DNA of 64,000 nucleotides from a virus (Duplodnaviria; Caudoviricetes): IMG/VR virus record IMGVR_UViG_2909979649_000007, positions 1 to 64,000 of that record; one strand, 5' to 3'. Shown piece by piece: positions 55,471 to 64,000 of this stretch (position 1 is its first letter; each line of letters starts with the position of its first letter). The notes under the pieces were generated by a model. It saw only the letters and a program-made list of their open reading frames with translations, ran no database searches and was not told where the DNA came from. The position numbers and the translations under genes were made by a program.

Positions 55471-56636
55471 TAGCTTAAGACCTCCTCTAAGAATTCTTCG
55501 ATAATATTGTCACTGGCATTCACATGGTAAATCATGTGCTCGTTCGGACTGTAACGACCGTACTCAACCACAATATACCAACTGCCGTTTTTATAGCGGC
55601 TCACGGTATTTAACTCAGGGTGCAAGTACACCTTCCCACCGGGGATAATTTCAGCGGCCACTAAATCCTGCATAAATAAATCGACTTTGGTAATTTCCTG
55701 CTCCATGAATGACATGGTGAGGTTTTTACTCATGGCCCGCTGGCTGGCCGCTTCTAATTTACGAGCAATGGCGTCTTTTAGTCCGATATGAGAAATAAAA
55801 TCCCCGGTGACCGTACGATTACCGATTAAACGCCAGCCGTCACTGGTGCGGGCAAAATAGGAAATACCATGTTTATTGAGCAAGTTACCATCAGTGGATT
55901 TATCAATGATGTTGTAGTCAATGTGATACGACACATCCTGAATATAAATTCCTTGGTTACCCGGGCTTTCCCAGGGTTTTACCGCCGCTACCGCCCCCAT
56001 CGCTAAGGTACTGGTGGGAACATAAATATTACCCTTGGCTTTTTTGCTGTAAATCGCTGGCATCGGTTCCACAATATACACCCGATCATGACCCGTGCCT
56101 TCACCACCAAACTGCTTGGAATACTCCATGGCTTGCTTAATGTTTTGTGCAGGGCCATCAGCAATGACCCGACAACGTAATTTATTCGCCATGGATGCTA
56201 AAGCATCAACCACCGACTTTTGATGACTAAACCCAGGAGCCGCAATTAGGGTTGGACGTTCGGGGCATAACGCCAACGCCGAAATTCCCGTTAACTGTCG
56301 GGTATCCGTATCAACCCCACCGATAATATTTTTGGTGGTTTCTGCTTCGTCGGCCCCTTCTTCCACCACAATAAAATACTGGGGAACCCGGGTGCGTTGT
56401 AGGGTTTGAATCGCGGCATGCCAACCGGTGCCACGCTCATCCCCCTTACTATCCAATAAAGCGGCTGTCGTGGAGTTAGAGACGCGATACGGGCGGTTTA
56501 ACGGCACCGATTCATGTTTGTCTGGTGCCGTCACCACCCAAGCCACCACGTTTTCACCTGGTGGGCCTAATGGCGGTGGCGGCTCATTAGTAATAACGGT
56601 AATCCCATTATGTTCAAAATTAGTGATTTGTGGCAT
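55470..56636 (-). CDS. Tail sheath protein
   Basis: FEHNGITV, PTLIAAPGFS, RLIGNRT, YGRYSPNEHM. Confidence 0.92.
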   Translation of the reverse strand: MPQITNFEHNGITVITNEPPPPLGPPGENVVAWVVTAPDKHESVPLNRPYRVSNSTTAALLDSKGDERGTGWHAAIQTLQRTRVPQYFIVVEEGADEAETTKNIIGGVDTDTRQLTGISALALCPERPTLIAAPGFSHQKSVVDALASMANKLRCRVIADGPAQNIKQAMEYSKQFGGEGTGHDRVYIVEPMPAIYSKKAKGNIYVPTSTLAMGAVAAVKPWESPGNQGIYIQDVSYHIDYNIIDKSTDGNLLNKHGISYFARTSDGWRLIGNRTVTGDFISHIGLKDAIARKLEAASQRAMSKNLTMSFMEQEITKVDLFMQDLVAAEIIPGGKVYLHPELNTVSRYKNGSWYIVVEYGRYSPNEHMIYHVNASDNIIEEFLEEVLS

Positions 56637-56805
56637 TCACTTTCTCCTTTTTCGTCGTTGGTTTAGGCGGTAGATAGTGTTTAATGTGGCCAGTTCTTAA
56701 TAATTGCTGAGCTTCGCAATCCGTTAATTCGAGTATTTCATTGGGTACAGTCCACCCTTGTCGCCAAGCAAAGGCTTGGCAAACGCAGTATTTTTTAATA
56801 GTCAT
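56620..56805 (-). CDS. Small hypothetical tail-region protein
   Basis: LELTDCEAQQLLRTGHI. Confidence 0.55.
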   Translation of the reverse strand: MTIKKYCVCQAFAWRQGWTVPNEILELTDCEAQQLLRTGHIKHYLPPKPTTKKEKVNATNH

Positions 56806-56824
56806 GGATTATTCCTTAAATTAA

Positions 56825-58561
56825 TTAAAACACTTCAAATACGATTGAAGCACTTTCAATATCTTCATATTCCAGTGGTAACCCTTTTTGAACGTCTTCA
56901 ATCGTTAAACGCTTTATTCCCATCGAAAAAAGTTCTTCATCACCATCAATCGTATCGTCTGGGCTAACTTTTTTCACATATTCGCTTTGATGGTTTTGCA
57001 TATACAGCAAGTCATCAATGATATCACCGGTTAATGTACTAATACTGACTTCACCGTTACTATTATTGCTTGTAAATAGAAATTTATCATCACTATCTAA
57101 TTCAACATTCATGTTGTCACCATGATTGTTTCCTCTCATGGTAAATAATGCAGTATGTGCTTTATCAACTGATTTAAACAAAACATTTCCCTGCTGCAGT
57201 TGATTTCTAATTGTGACTAATAAACGAAAAGAACGATCACGATACCCCAAAGGTAACCGTAATAGGCCATTTCCTTTGGTATGATATCGATAGACACGCT
57301 TGGGCTTGATAATTGCCGTATAAAAAACACCATTGCCTACACCGCCCATTAATACATCGTCATAGGTACTATCAAATGATAAATCCCGTTCAGTTAACCC
57401 CTGTGGGTTATAAACGCTATCTTGCAAGTCCCGCAATTGAAAACCATTAACAGGCGACCAGCGTAAATGATAGGTTTTATTCACACTGATATAGTCAAAT
57501 GCCCGCTGACTTTCAGGATAATCTGCGGTATTAAAATTTTTCCAGCCTCGCCAGCGGATGATTTGACCCGGCTTAACCGTAATCACACTACCGCGCAATT
57601 CAACAGCTAAACGATTATCCGGTGTGACAAGTTCTGGCATAATAGGAAGTAACGATAAATGTCCTGCTTGTAAAGCATATTGTGGGTGGGGATTGGGTGC
57701 TGCCTCATGGCTGGATAACTCATGTTTTAGTGCATCCACAAAGGCCACTTCTCGCCAAGGTTGCCAGTTATTTTCAATAAAACGTCGCTCGAATTTTCTA
57801 TTTTCCTGAACAGGCTGTAAGCGTTGGTAAATTAAGTTATCGCCACCGGCTAATACTTCGAGATAAAATGCAGATTCAGAATCATTCACCCCATAGCCTA
57901 ATGGCAAAGTACCCGCCGCTTCGGTGACATGGTAAAAGCCAAAGTTTTTAATAGCATCGATATCAGCTTTATTTTCCTGAATTAGTTCACCTAACCCAAA
58001 ATCACCCACCACCGGGATTTGCCCTTTATTTTTCCCCAGCTGGCTTTTTGGAATATACTGCGGATGAGGATCAACCTGACTGACATGCATTTCAATCATG
58101 GCCGTCAGCATATCCCGAGTGGCATAAACCGTGTCAGGATCAATGGTTAAGGTGATCTGCGCCGCATTAGCCGAAGCAATATAAAAATTAAAACCCACTT
58201 GTTTTTTAGCGCCTGAGTCCGGTTCATTTTTAAAGGTCGGGTCTACTCGACCAATGGCGTATAAATCTCCATCCGCATCATAAATACCGACTTCCCGAAT
58301 AAACCAACCGCCGATATCGTGGGGGACTACTGCATTGACTTTAATCTGCGTCGGGTGTTTGCTATCAACAAATACCCCATTAACGGCGGCTCGAAATTGC
58401 TGGTTGATTAATGCCGTACGGGCAGCCACGGCTTTTTGATCATCGGGTAATTCCCCATCGCCGACGGCAAATTCCACTAATTTAATTTTGGTGTTATCCA
58501 CCCGAGCACGAGCTTCTTTTTCTAAGCCTTTATTAGTAATTAAACAATAATTATCATTCAT
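56825..58561 (-). CDS. Tail fibre / receptor-binding protein
   Basis: gpH-type N-terminus (GGWFIREVGIY), DPHPQY repeats, tip shared with 10233-11549. Confidence 0.88.
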   Translation of the reverse strand: MNDNYCLITNKGLEKEARARVDNTKIKLVEFAVGDGELPDDQKAVAARTALINQQFRAAVNGVFVDSKHPTQIKVNAVVPHDIGGWFIREVGIYDADGDLYAIGRVDPTFKNEPDSGAKKQVGFNFYIASANAAQITLTIDPDTVYATRDMLTAMIEMHVSQVDPHPQYIPKSQLGKNKGQIPVVGDFGLGELIQENKADIDAIKNFGFYHVTEAAGTLPLGYGVNDSESAFYLEVLAGGDNLIYQRLQPVQENRKFERRFIENNWQPWREVAFVDALKHELSSHEAAPNPHPQYALQAGHLSLLPIMPELVTPDNRLAVELRGSVITVKPGQIIRWRGWKNFNTADYPESQRAFDYISVNKTYHLRWSPVNGFQLRDLQDSVYNPQGLTERDLSFDSTYDDVLMGGVGNGVFYTAIIKPKRVYRYHTKGNGLLRLPLGYRDRSFRLLVTIRNQLQQGNVLFKSVDKAHTALFTMRGNNHGDNMNVELDSDDKFLFTSNNSNGEVSISTLTGDIIDDLLYMQNHQSEYVKKVSPDDTIDGDEELFSMGIKRLTIEDVQKGLPLEYEDIESASIVFEVF

Positions 58562-59183
58562 TCGATGTTACCTGGAGTGTAATGATTTCAAGTTGGGCAA
58601 AGTGACTACCACTATAAAATTGACTGGATGTGTTGAGTTGATCCGGTTGATAAGGAGCCACATCGATGACTTCCCAGCATTCCGTCGCGACGCCGGTTGT
58701 TAATTCGAAGGTTGCAGACCGGCAATAATTAATACTGTATTGATCCCGAAGACTGACCGCTTCTTCCAGCCGGGCACTGATCCGTTGCTCGATATTTGCC
58801 GGGAGGTTTTTACCGTCTAAAAACACCAGTAATTCGAAGGTATACGGCGTTTGATTGGTTTCATACCAGGGTAATATCGTCGCTTCATAACCCAAGGTTT
58901 CCACTGCCATTTTAATCGCACAAGCGGTACCCGCCTTGCGCCGTATTGGCCAGATTGCTTCAATGGTATGACGCTTTTCTGCCTCGCTGGCTTCCATGGG
59001 CCAATCGGTGACGCCACGATCCTGGGCTAAATGGGGGAGCAACTTAGCTGATGTTTCCTTGGGATTTAATAAAGCTGGGTAAGGACAACAGGTATCTTGT
59101 AGTAATTCGTAAAACCCCACCTCTAAACCCCGCTCTAATAAGGATTTATTGTCGGGTAAAATGCTGTAATGGTCGGTACTCAT
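58554..59183 (-). CDS. Baseplate/tail protein I
   Basis: SILPDNKSLLE...LPHLAQDRGV...RRKAGT. Confidence 0.88.
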   Translation of the reverse strand: MSTDHYSILPDNKSLLERGLEVGFYELLQDTCCPYPALLNPKETSAKLLPHLAQDRGVTDWPMEASEAEKRHTIEAIWPIRRKAGTACAIKMAVETLGYEATILPWYETNQTPYTFELLVFLDGKNLPANIEQRISARLEEAVSLRDQYSINYCRSATFELTTGVATECWEVIDVAPYQPDQLNTSSQFYSGSHFAQLEIITLQVTSNE

Positions 59184-60208
59184 GACAGGGTTTTCATGGT
59201 GATGTTAATGCCCGTGCAATACGGCGCTTGTTGCTGGGTGGTGATTAAGCGTTTTTCTGGTTGAATTAAATCCACCTGCACAGCACCAGCCTGATGCAAG
59301 TCATGGTAAATTTGCCCAGCATCAATGGCCGCGTGTAAGGTAAATTGTTGATCGGTGTATTGCTGTAAGGCTTGTTCAGCACTGTTTTTAGTTAACCCTG
59401 CGTCTGGCCCTGAATACACATAACACACCACATCCACCGTATAGGGGAGTAATTCAGCTAACTGTACGGTAATCTGATCGGTGGCGGGGGCGACATCATC
59501 CCGAGCAAAATAGGCGTTAGCGTTTTCTAATAACGTATCAAGCTTTTGTTTAAGTGTTTTTTTGGATGCTTCGGTTTCCGCAAAGGCTAGTTGTAATTGA
59601 TCATAGGCCAATAAGGTAATAACCACTTTGCCCGGCTCTGGCCGAATCGCGGTGGCGGATTTAATCTGACTGGCTACGCCATTGTCACGAAATTGATAGC
59701 GTAAATTAAATTCCGTGGGTGAGGTTTTTTCCAAAGTAATATCGGGTTTTTCTCCCAACATTAACGCATGGTAAACATACGCCTTGTGTGGTCCTGCGAC
59801 GGAAAAGGCATAAGGCGCTAAAAAATACCGCAGCCGTAAATCATCATCACTCTCATTGGGGTGGCGTTCTAACCCTAGATTACTCACCACCGCATCTAAA
59901 TTCGAGCCTTTAGCCCACCAGGCAAACATCTGCTGGGCTTGATAATTCAGTTGTCGAATATCATGCTGACGGATATACACCAAAGCTTGTAATAGCTTAG
60001 TGATTATTTCCGCATCGTTTTCCAGGGTGGTGGCTACCTCCTTAGCCTGGGTTTGATCCTGTTTAGCAATAAACTCGACGACCCGTTGTTTATATTCCGT
60101 GAATAGGTTTTCATAATCAGGGACTGCCAAGGCTTCAGGCATGGCCAGCTGGTTATGGCCGGGAATCATCATAAGGCAAACTCCAAAGTAATTAACTGGT
60201 CTTGCCAT
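59180..60208 (-). CDS. Baseplate J protein (intact)
   Basis: WAKGSNLD, FSVAGP..AY, QQAPYCT. Confidence 0.9.
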   Translation of the reverse strand: MARPVNYFGVCLMMIPGHNQLAMPEALAVPDYENLFTEYKQRVVEFIAKQDQTQAKEVATTLENDAEIITKLLQALVYIRQHDIRQLNYQAQQMFAWWAKGSNLDAVVSNLGLERHPNESDDDLRLRYFLAPYAFSVAGPHKAYVYHALMLGEKPDITLEKTSPTEFNLRYQFRDNGVASQIKSATAIRPEPGKVVITLLAYDQLQLAFAETEASKKTLKQKLDTLLENANAYFARDDVAPATDQITVQLAELLPYTVDVVCYVYSGPDAGLTKNSAEQALQQYTDQQFTLHAAIDAGQIYHDLHQAGAVQVDLIQPEKRLITTQQQAPYCTGINITMKTLS

Positions 60209-60522
60209 AACCCATGTAAATAAATGGCAAAGCCATTGTTATCGCTATTGACAGTGACCCGGCACACCTGGCACTGAAAATCCAATACGCCATTGGCTGG
60301 ATTAATTAACGCTTCCAATGTATACACCTGGGCTTTTAACGCTGCTTCGGGGCTGACATTACGGCCTAATAAATCCGGTACCCGGGAACCAAAGGCCCGG
60401 CGCTTAATCCGTGCCCCAACCGGGGTACTTAACACCTGTTGTAGACGGCTTTTTAATTGGGGAATTTCAGCCAGGGTTTTCCCGGTGGTGCGATCAATGC
60501 CAATCATTAATCTACTACCCAA
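60169..60522 (-). CDS. Baseplate wedge protein W
   Basis: MIGIDRTTG...LSTPVGARIKRRAFGS. Confidence 0.88.
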   Translation of the reverse strand: MGSRLMIGIDRTTGKTLAEIPQLKSRLQQVLSTPVGARIKRRAFGSRVPDLLGRNVSPEAALKAQVYTLEALINPANGVLDFQCQVCRVTVNSDNNGFAIYLHGLWQDQLITLEFAL

Positions 60523-60794
60523 TAACTGTCACCGGTTGCCACTTGACTACCACAACTGACCGGATCACCAATGCGGCCCACAGCGTTACCATTAACCGTC
60601 ATATAAGCCGAGCCCGCCGCTAAGACACCCGCATGACAAACGGGCACCGGGTTACAATGATCCGCCCAACCATGACCGACACAATGTACCGGACGGCCAT
60701 TGATCACTAAATAATGATCCGAGCCGGTATTATTGCGCGGCGGAAAATCCGCATGACCGGTACAAGAGTCGCCAAGTAAACAAATAGGTTGCAT
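60507..60794 (-). CDS. PAAR-motif spike tip protein
   Basis: GDSCTGH...INGRPV...HC...VNGNAVGRIGDPVSCGS. Confidence 0.88.
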   Translation of the reverse strand: MQPICLLGDSCTGHADFPPRNNTGSDHYLVINGRPVHCVGHGWADHCNPVPVCHAGVLAAGSAYMTVNGNAVGRIGDPVSCGSQVATGDSYWVVD

Positions 60795-60826
60795 AGGAAA
60801 ATAGGAATTAAAAAGGAAGAAAATAA

Positions 60827-61420
60827 TTAACGTTTATTAGCGATATGCTGCTGGGCTTTTTCGGTAATAATGCCACCAATATCCAGGGTTAAATTACCAG
60901 TGATTTTAATGGTTAAATCCCCTACATGATTAATCACGGCTTGATTGCTGTTATGGTCAATGGTGAATTTAGAGCCATTAGGATACACCCGACAATGCTC
61001 GTGTAAATTCGTGGACGGCGGTGGAAACCGATCACAATAAAACCCACACAGTGCAAATGCCTGACTGGAGTTATCTCCGGCGGCATAGTTAATTAATAAA
61101 CTTTGTTCACCGACAGACGGACAACGGTACTCTTTCACTTGGCCAGCAGCGGGCACAAAAAAACGAATAAACGGTGATAAATTATCACCATGTTTTACTT
61201 TGACTAGTGCATTTTGGGGATCAACCGCAGCGACCGTGCCCACCCGAATTTGATTGCCTAAGCGTCGGTAAATCTCGTCGGCTTCTTCCACTAACTCGGC
61301 TATTTTATCTTGGTATTCCTGTAAATACCGTTGCACCACCGATTCGATAATGTCAATCATGGAACCGTTCATATTCTTTTTCGTCGGCTGGATTGTTCGG
61401 ATTATTGGCCCACCAAACAC
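60827..61420 (-). CDS. Baseplate spike protein V
   Basis: IRVGTV...YRCPSVGEQ. Confidence 0.88.
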   Translation of the reverse strand: MFGGPIIRTIQPTKKNMNGSMIDIIESVVQRYLQEYQDKIAELVEEADEIYRRLGNQIRVGTVAAVDPQNALVKVKHGDNLSPFIRFFVPAAGQVKEYRCPSVGEQSLLINYAAGDNSSQAFALCGFYCDRFPPPSTNLHEHCRVYPNGSKFTIDHNSNQAVINHVGDLTIKITGNLTLDIGGIITEKAQQHIANKR

Positions 61421-61889
61421 CTTTTACAGGGGGATCGTCTTCTAATTCACTGGGACCTAAATAAATGGTTTGAGAGAACAATACGCACCAGGACTCGTAA
61501 CCGTTACTGTTATCGGGATCAAAGCCACCGGGTATTGTCCGAATATCAGTGGGGTAGTCGATTTGTTGGGTGGGTAATCCCCATAAATGACAATCAATAC
61601 GACGGGCTAAGCCTATGGCTAAATCCAGGGATTTTAATTCCGGTTGTAATTTATGGCGGCCAACTTGAATATGCAGTGCCACGTCTAATTGCACCCCATA
61701 ACGGCCATCATGATTCCGTTGGATCGCTTGGGCTTGCTCAATTTCAATTAAAATAGCGGCTTCATGTTGGCTTAGGTTAACCCGACCATAATCACTGTAG
61801 CCACTAATAAAACACGTCTCATGTAGGATACTTTGCAAGGAGGATTCAACCGCCCGGTAAAATTCAGACGGCTCATTAAGCATAGCCAT
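61353..61889 (-). CDS. Tail terminator/completion protein
   Basis: AILIEI...YESWCVLFSQTIYLG; position. Confidence 0.65.
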   Translation of the reverse strand: MAMLNEPSEFYRAVESSLQSILHETCFISGYSDYGRVNLSQHEAAILIEIEQAQAIQRNHDGRYGVQLDVALHIQVGRHKLQPELKSLDLAIGLARRIDCHLWGLPTQQIDYPTDIRTIPGGFDPDNSNGYESWCVLFSQTIYLGPSELEDDPPVKGVWWANNPNNPADEKEYERFHD

Positions 61890-62448
61890 TAATTAGCACC
61901 TCAATTTCATGATCTAATAAGGTATGAAAGCGTTGTATTAGTCGAGCTTCCCAGCGTTCCGCGATATCCCGTAACGGGGTTTCAATGTTTTCAGTGACTA
62001 ACTCAATCGGCAGTCGATGACGCCGGGGCCGGCCTTTACTGTCGTGTCCTTGGGCATAACGTGCCAGGGCTTTACGCTTAAATACCAATAGCTGGCCAGA
62101 CCGCATCGGCTGTATAAAAGCCCCTGGATAAGCACGGCGACCCACCTTTACCCCTTGGGCACTAAAGCGTGGTTGTCCTAACCAATGAACTCCCACCCGG
62201 TTCAGGCCAAACCAGACTTTCATTCCCCGGTTACCAAGTGGAAAGATTTGTACACGGCCTTTTATCGCGGTTCGCCGAATACTTAACTCGGTGCCTAATT
62301 CCCGCAATGAGTGGGTCCGCAACCATTTGGCGGCTTTTTTTAAAGCGCGGTTGGTTGCTTTATCAATTTCCTTTGCTGTTAATAATTCCGTGCCGGCCTG
62401 GCTTGTTGCGGTTTGAGTAATATCAATTTCTAAATAAGGAGCCGTCAT
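61876..62448 (-). CDS. Minor tail protein Z-like
   Basis: RALKKAAKWLRT...VWFGLN...AFIQ...RLPIE. Confidence 0.7.
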   Translation of the reverse strand: MTAPYLEIDITQTATSQAGTELLTAKEIDKATNRALKKAAKWLRTHSLRELGTELSIRRTAIKGRVQIFPLGNRGMKVWFGLNRVGVHWLGQPRFSAQGVKVGRRAYPGAFIQPMRSGQLLVFKRKALARYAQGHDSKGRPRRHRLPIELVTENIETPLRDIAERWEARLIQRFHTLLDHEIEVLINGYA

Positions 62449-62800
62449 AAGTCGTCTCAGGTTTTCGGTTTAATACCAACTCGACTAATTCATTATCAAT
62501 GGGGTATTGATCCGCAATGACATACAGCTGCTGATTTAATTCGATCATGAGCCCGTTTTTTTGTGGGGGCGCATCAGCTTTAAGGACTTGGAAGTAACAG
62601 GTGTGGTGGGTTTGTTTAATGCCTTTGGCCACCTCGTTAAACTTTCTGCCAAGGGTGCCATGTTGCTCAGGCACACTATCAAACCCATTAATCACTTTTT
62701 TATGACTACCATCAATTAAAGTGGCTGATGTGCCCAGCCCCAATAATGGATCAAGTAAGGCTTGATCCATGGCGGCGGTCAATTCATCAAAGCGTTTCAT
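62423..62800 (-). CDS. Head-tail joining protein
   Basis: MKRFDELTAAMD...; position after the DUF2190-like gene. Confidence 0.55.
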   Translation of the reverse strand: MKRFDELTAAMDQALLDPLLGLGTSATLIDGSHKKVINGFDSVPEQHGTLGRKFNEVAKGIKQTHHTCYFQVLKADAPPQKNGLMIELNQQLYVIADQYPIDNELVELVLNRKPETTYDGSLFRN

Positions 62801-63117
62801 TAACTGACAATCACTTCCACCAGCCCATCACCGGATGACTGATAAAAGTGTCCAATGTCTAAGTTATTCTCGGCGGCACTGGTCACCGCTTTTTTGGATT
62901 TACTCCAGTAGGCTTTTTTACCGGTGACCACACTGGCCGAGCCTTCAACCGGTAACGCAAAAATGCCATAACGCATGCCCACAAAGGACTGTCCGGCGGG
63001 TGCCGTTTGTTTAGGGATAACAAATAAATCCTCGATACAAACGGGTACCCCCGATTCCACACCACCCGAGGGTGCAATTAAATTCAACGTGTCATGATCA
63101 GCAAGATAATTTTTCAT
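62800..63117 (-). CDS. DUF2190-family capsid-associated protein
   Basis: MKNY...APSGGVESG...GIFALP...GKKAYW. Confidence 0.85.
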   Translation of the reverse strand: MKNYLADHDTLNLIAPSGGVESGVPVCIEDLFVIPKQTAPAGQSFVGMRYGIFALPVEGSASVVTGKKAYWSKSKKAVTSAAENNLDIGHFYQSSGDGLVEVIVS

Positions 63118-63182
63118 GGTTGTAATCCAAGCTTAGAAATAATTAAAAAATAAAAGTGAAGGAATAAAAGAAAACAGGCGCT

Positions 63183-64000
63183 TTATTTGACGCCTGGATT
63201 TTTTGATAACGTCCGATAAGACAAGGCACTGACACCGGCATCAATTCGTACTTTAAATTCGGCGCCATCCACATCCCAGCCTTGTTGCTGTTCTAAATGG
63301 GGTTTATCATTGCCATCTAAATACGACACTTCAACTGTGTCATAGCGATTACCCGCCGCAAAGAACCAGGGCAGAGCTTTATTTTCAAAGGCGTAATCCA
63401 ACCGAGAGTCTGCCACCACGGTTGCCATGCCTTTATGGGGATTAATTTTATTAAAGTTATCGCTGTCAGGGTCATAGCTATTTGTCATGTAGCTGTGGGC
63501 AATGTCTTCCAAGGCTAATGGCACAATTAAATAAGTGGGACGAATATTTAACGGGGTACCCGTACCATCTCGTTGTAACCCCATGGCTAATTTACCTTCG
63601 CGCAACGAAATAGAATTAATGTCCGAGGCTTTTAGCAGGTTGTTATGATCCGCATGAAATAATGGCTTACCATCTCTCATCGTGGGATTTAAAATTAACA
63701 CCGCATAAACTAAATTCCCGACCGTACGAATGGCCGCTTGTCCCATCATGGATGGGATTTTAGTAAACGCATCCAAATCATCATTAATAATGGTTTGGCG
63801 GGTAATCGAGAATTTACGCCCATAGGTGGCTAGTTGAAGTTGTTCACCCGTATCATTCAAGGTGGCGTATTGGTATTTACCGCCATCTTCCACTTTCTTT
63901 AATACAGGGAAGGATTCTAAGCCGACGCGGTGCGACACTTTAAAATCACCTAAATGGCCTTTTTTAGTCCATTTTGTAAAAGTTTCCTCGGCTTCATCAA
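63183..64000 (-). CDS. Major capsid protein, C-terminal part (type usually fused to a ClpP-like protease); 5' end outside the window
   Basis: Frame open to the window end (EETFTKWTKKGHLGDFK); TYGRKFSITRQTIINDDL; KVRIDAGV. Confidence 0.88.
   Translation of the reverse strand, partial: DEAEETFTKWTKKGHLGDFKVSHRVGLESFPVLKKVEDGGKYQYATLNDTGEQLQLATYGRKFSITRQTIINDDLDAFTKIPSMMGQAAIRTVGNLVYAVLILNPTMRDGKPLFHADHNNLLKASDINSISLREGKLAMGLQRDGTGTPLNIRPTYLIVPLALEDIAHSYMTNSYDPDSDNFNKINPHKGMATVVADSRLDYAFENKALPWFFAAGNRYDTVEVSYLDGNDKPHLEQQQGWDVDGAEFKVRIDAGVSALSYRTLSKNPGVK

Larger units (their letters stand above)
39663..64000. mobile_element. Prophage 2 / island (contractile tail, partial capsid gene); continues past the window end
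   Basis: Tail and head genes at 49708-64000; left boundary inferred from the att fragment, so including the Rhs locus is an inference. Confidence 0.7.

Noticed and set aside
10233-57260. Diversity-generating retroelement (TR/VR) explanation for the repeated fibre tip
   Set aside because: No reverse transcriptase in the window. Both copies are in-frame gene ends, and the mismatches include non-adenine synonymous changes (for example AGT vs AGC).
49708-64000. R-type tailocin or T6SS/eCIS locus (PAAR next to Rhs)
   Set aside because: Capsid, DUF2190-like and head-tail joining genes are contiguous with the tail, so this is a prophage; the PAAR gene sits in the normal spike-tip position after V.
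1-64000. CRISPR array, retron, or invertase/shufflon
   Set aside because: I saw no regularly spaced repeats, no reverse transcriptase and no serine invertase next to either fibre gene.

Overview
The window holds two prophages in tandem in a moderately AT-rich gammaproteobacterial-type genome. Both late operons are on the minus strand. They meet at a 45-bp 3' fragment of tRNA-Pro(GGG) (39618-39662), flanked by IHF-like sites and short direct repeats. Prophage 1 (core about 4.0-38.5 kb) combines an HK97-type head, a P2-type contractile tail, a lambdoid O/P/Q replication and late-control module, a double-HTH repressor, Xis and a tyrosine integrase. Its baseplate J gene is interrupted by an IS3-family element. 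Prophage 2 (structural core 49.7 kb to beyond 64 kb) has a different contractile tail, a PAAR spike tip and a partial major capsid gene. The most interesting parts are the cargo loci: (i) an FRG / HAD-membrane / glycosyltransferase-nucleotidyltransferase operon, (ii) a DesII-like radical SAM plus NIPSNAP pair, (iii) a 'mini-PilC' membrane protein inside the tail operon, (iv) a ClpP-class protease plus nuclease-ATPase-S1 pair, and (v) an Rhs split into two separately secreted chains. The two otherwise dissimilar tail fibres share a ~90% identical C-terminal tip. All family assignments come from motifs read by eye and from recalled family sequences; no searches were run.
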